Below, piece after piece: positions 62,853 to 64,000 of a stretch of 64,000 bases of DNA. The position numbers were made by a program, and so were the translations under genes. Below the pieces are notes generated by a model. That model did not search any database. It was not told the DNA's origin and saw only the letters and a program-made list of their open reading frames with translations. Position 1 is the stretch's first letter. Every line of letters starts with the position of its first letter. Origin of the DNA: an uncultured Chloroflexia bacterium (GTDB taxonomy: Bacteria > Chloroflexota > Limnocylindria > Limnocylindrales > CSP1-4); contig CAWEYL010000001.1 in the NCBI GenBank assembly GCA_963813335.1, positions 160,001 to 224,000 on the forward strand, in the 5' to 3' direction.

Positions 62853-63971
62853 ATGCGCCACGTCTACCTGGCCGCCACCGGCCAGAACCGGGGCAAGACC
62901 ACGGTCAGCCTCGGGGTGCTCGACGGGTTCGGACGGCGGGGGCTTTCGACCGGGTTCATGAAGCCGGTCGGGCAACGGACCATCATCGAGGACGGCGTCC
63001 CGGCCGATGAGGACGCGATCCTGATGCGCAGCGTCTTCGACCTGGCCGAGCCGCTCGCGCAGATGAGCCCGGTCCATATCCCGCGCGGCTTCACGCAATC
63101 GTTCATCGACGGGCAGGTCGTCGAGGACCTCGGCGCGCGCATCCGGTCGGCCCATGCGGCGTTCGCGGCCGACCGCGACATCCTGCTGATCGAAGGGACC
63201 GGGCACGCCGGCGTCGGCGCGGTCATCGACCTCTCCAACGCCACGGTCGCCGCCATGCTCGGCGTCCCCGCCGTCATCGTGTCGGAGGGCGGGGTCGGCC
63301 GGCCGATCGACGAGATCGTGCTCAACGCCGCGCTCTTCGAGCGCCACGGCGTGCATGTCGCGGGCGCGATCGTCAACAAGGTCGATCTCGATGCCAAGCC
63401 CGGCCTCGCCCGGACGCTGGAGCGCGGCCTCGCCCGCCACGGCGTGCCGCTCCTCGGCGTCCTGCCGTACCGCCCGATCCTGTCGAACCCGACGCTGGCG
63501 ATGGTCCTCGAGGGCGTCCATGGCGAGACGCTCCACCCCGGTCCGGACCTGGACCTGGTCATCGGCGGCGTCGCCATCGGCGCGATGGAGCCCGAGCACA
63601 TGCTCGAGCGGATCGGGCCGCGCAGCCTGGTCATCGTGCCGGGCGATCGCGAGGACGTGATCGGGGCGATCGTCGACGCGCGACTGGCCGGGGACGCGAA
63701 CGGCGGACGTGGCACCCCGGGCGGGGCGGCCGGGCTCGTGCTCTCCGGCGGCTACCGGCCGAGCGACCGGGTGATCGACTCCATCCGGCGGGCCGACCTG
63801 TTCGCCACGCTCGTCCCGGAGGACACCTACGCGGTCGCCTCCGAGGTCCATGACCTCCTCGTCAAGACCCATCCGGCCGATGTCGGGAAGATCGAGGAGA
63901 TCAAGGCCCTCGTCTGGGAGTACCTGTTCATCGACCGGATCCTGGGCGCGGCCACGGAGGCGACCGTCTAG
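62853..63971 (+). CDS. BioD-like P-loop + DRTGG protein (stand-alone Pta N-terminal-like)
   Basis: NRGKTTVSLG, FMKPVG, LLIEG.G, GAIVNKV, IGAM, VPGDREDV, LVLSGG. Confidence 0.85.
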   Translation: MRHVYLAATGQNRGKTTVSLGVLDGFGRRGLSTGFMKPVGQRTIIEDGVPADEDAILMRSVFDLAEPLAQMSPVHIPRGFTQSFIDGQVVEDLGARIRSAHAAFAADRDILLIEGTGHAGVGAVIDLSNATVAAMLGVPAVIVSEGGVGRPIDEIVLNAALFERHGVHVAGAIVNKVDLDAKPGLARTLERGLARHGVPLLGVLPYRPILSNPTLAMVLEGVHGETLHPGPDLDLVIGGVAIGAMEPEHMLERIGPRSLVIVPGDREDVIGAIVDARLAGDANGGRGTPGGAAGLVLSGGYRPSDRVIDSIRRADLFATLVPEDTYAVASEVHDLLVKTHPADVGKIEEIKALVWEYLFIDRILGAATEATV

Positions 63972-64000
63972 GCTGGGTCCGGCTCGAACGCCGGACGAAC

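Overview
High-GC bacterial chromosomal window with about 57 genes. No rRNA, tRNA, CRISPR array or transposase is visible. The gene style suggests a soil or freshwater Chloroflexota-like (or actinobacterial-like) organism; this is inference only. At least 11 conserved genes are broken by single-base indels, most likely uncorrected long-read errors. Contents in order: (1) ureide/glyoxylate-type genes (aceB end, hydantoinase, DUF3830, uraH) with PadR and MarR units; (2) two S8 proteases flanking an RmuC-like gene; (3) NHEJ ku and ligD, then an Eis-like GNAT; (4) a compositionally atypical cassette of small ORF + DUF2075 nuclease-helicase + nuclease-less SRA-domain protein, beside a VapBC pair; (5) LLM, DUF72, yyaL, NUDIX-MBL, mug, tatA; (6) an AcuC/HDAC-GNAT fusion operon; (7) lhr-[vapBC]-nei; (8) a cyanophycin locus (cphB-cphA) followed by a second CphA-like gene that lacks the ATP-grasp domain, divergent from an M20 peptidase and RidA; (9) azlCD, a zinc-ribbon protein, ggt, MFS, degV, gdh and a DRTGG protein. 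The best candidates for undescribed biology are the ATP-grasp-less CphA paralog with its M20 partner, the DUF2075/SRA cassette, the deacetylase-acetyltransferase fusion, and a 63-bp palindromic repeat family. All family names come from motif recognition, not database searches.
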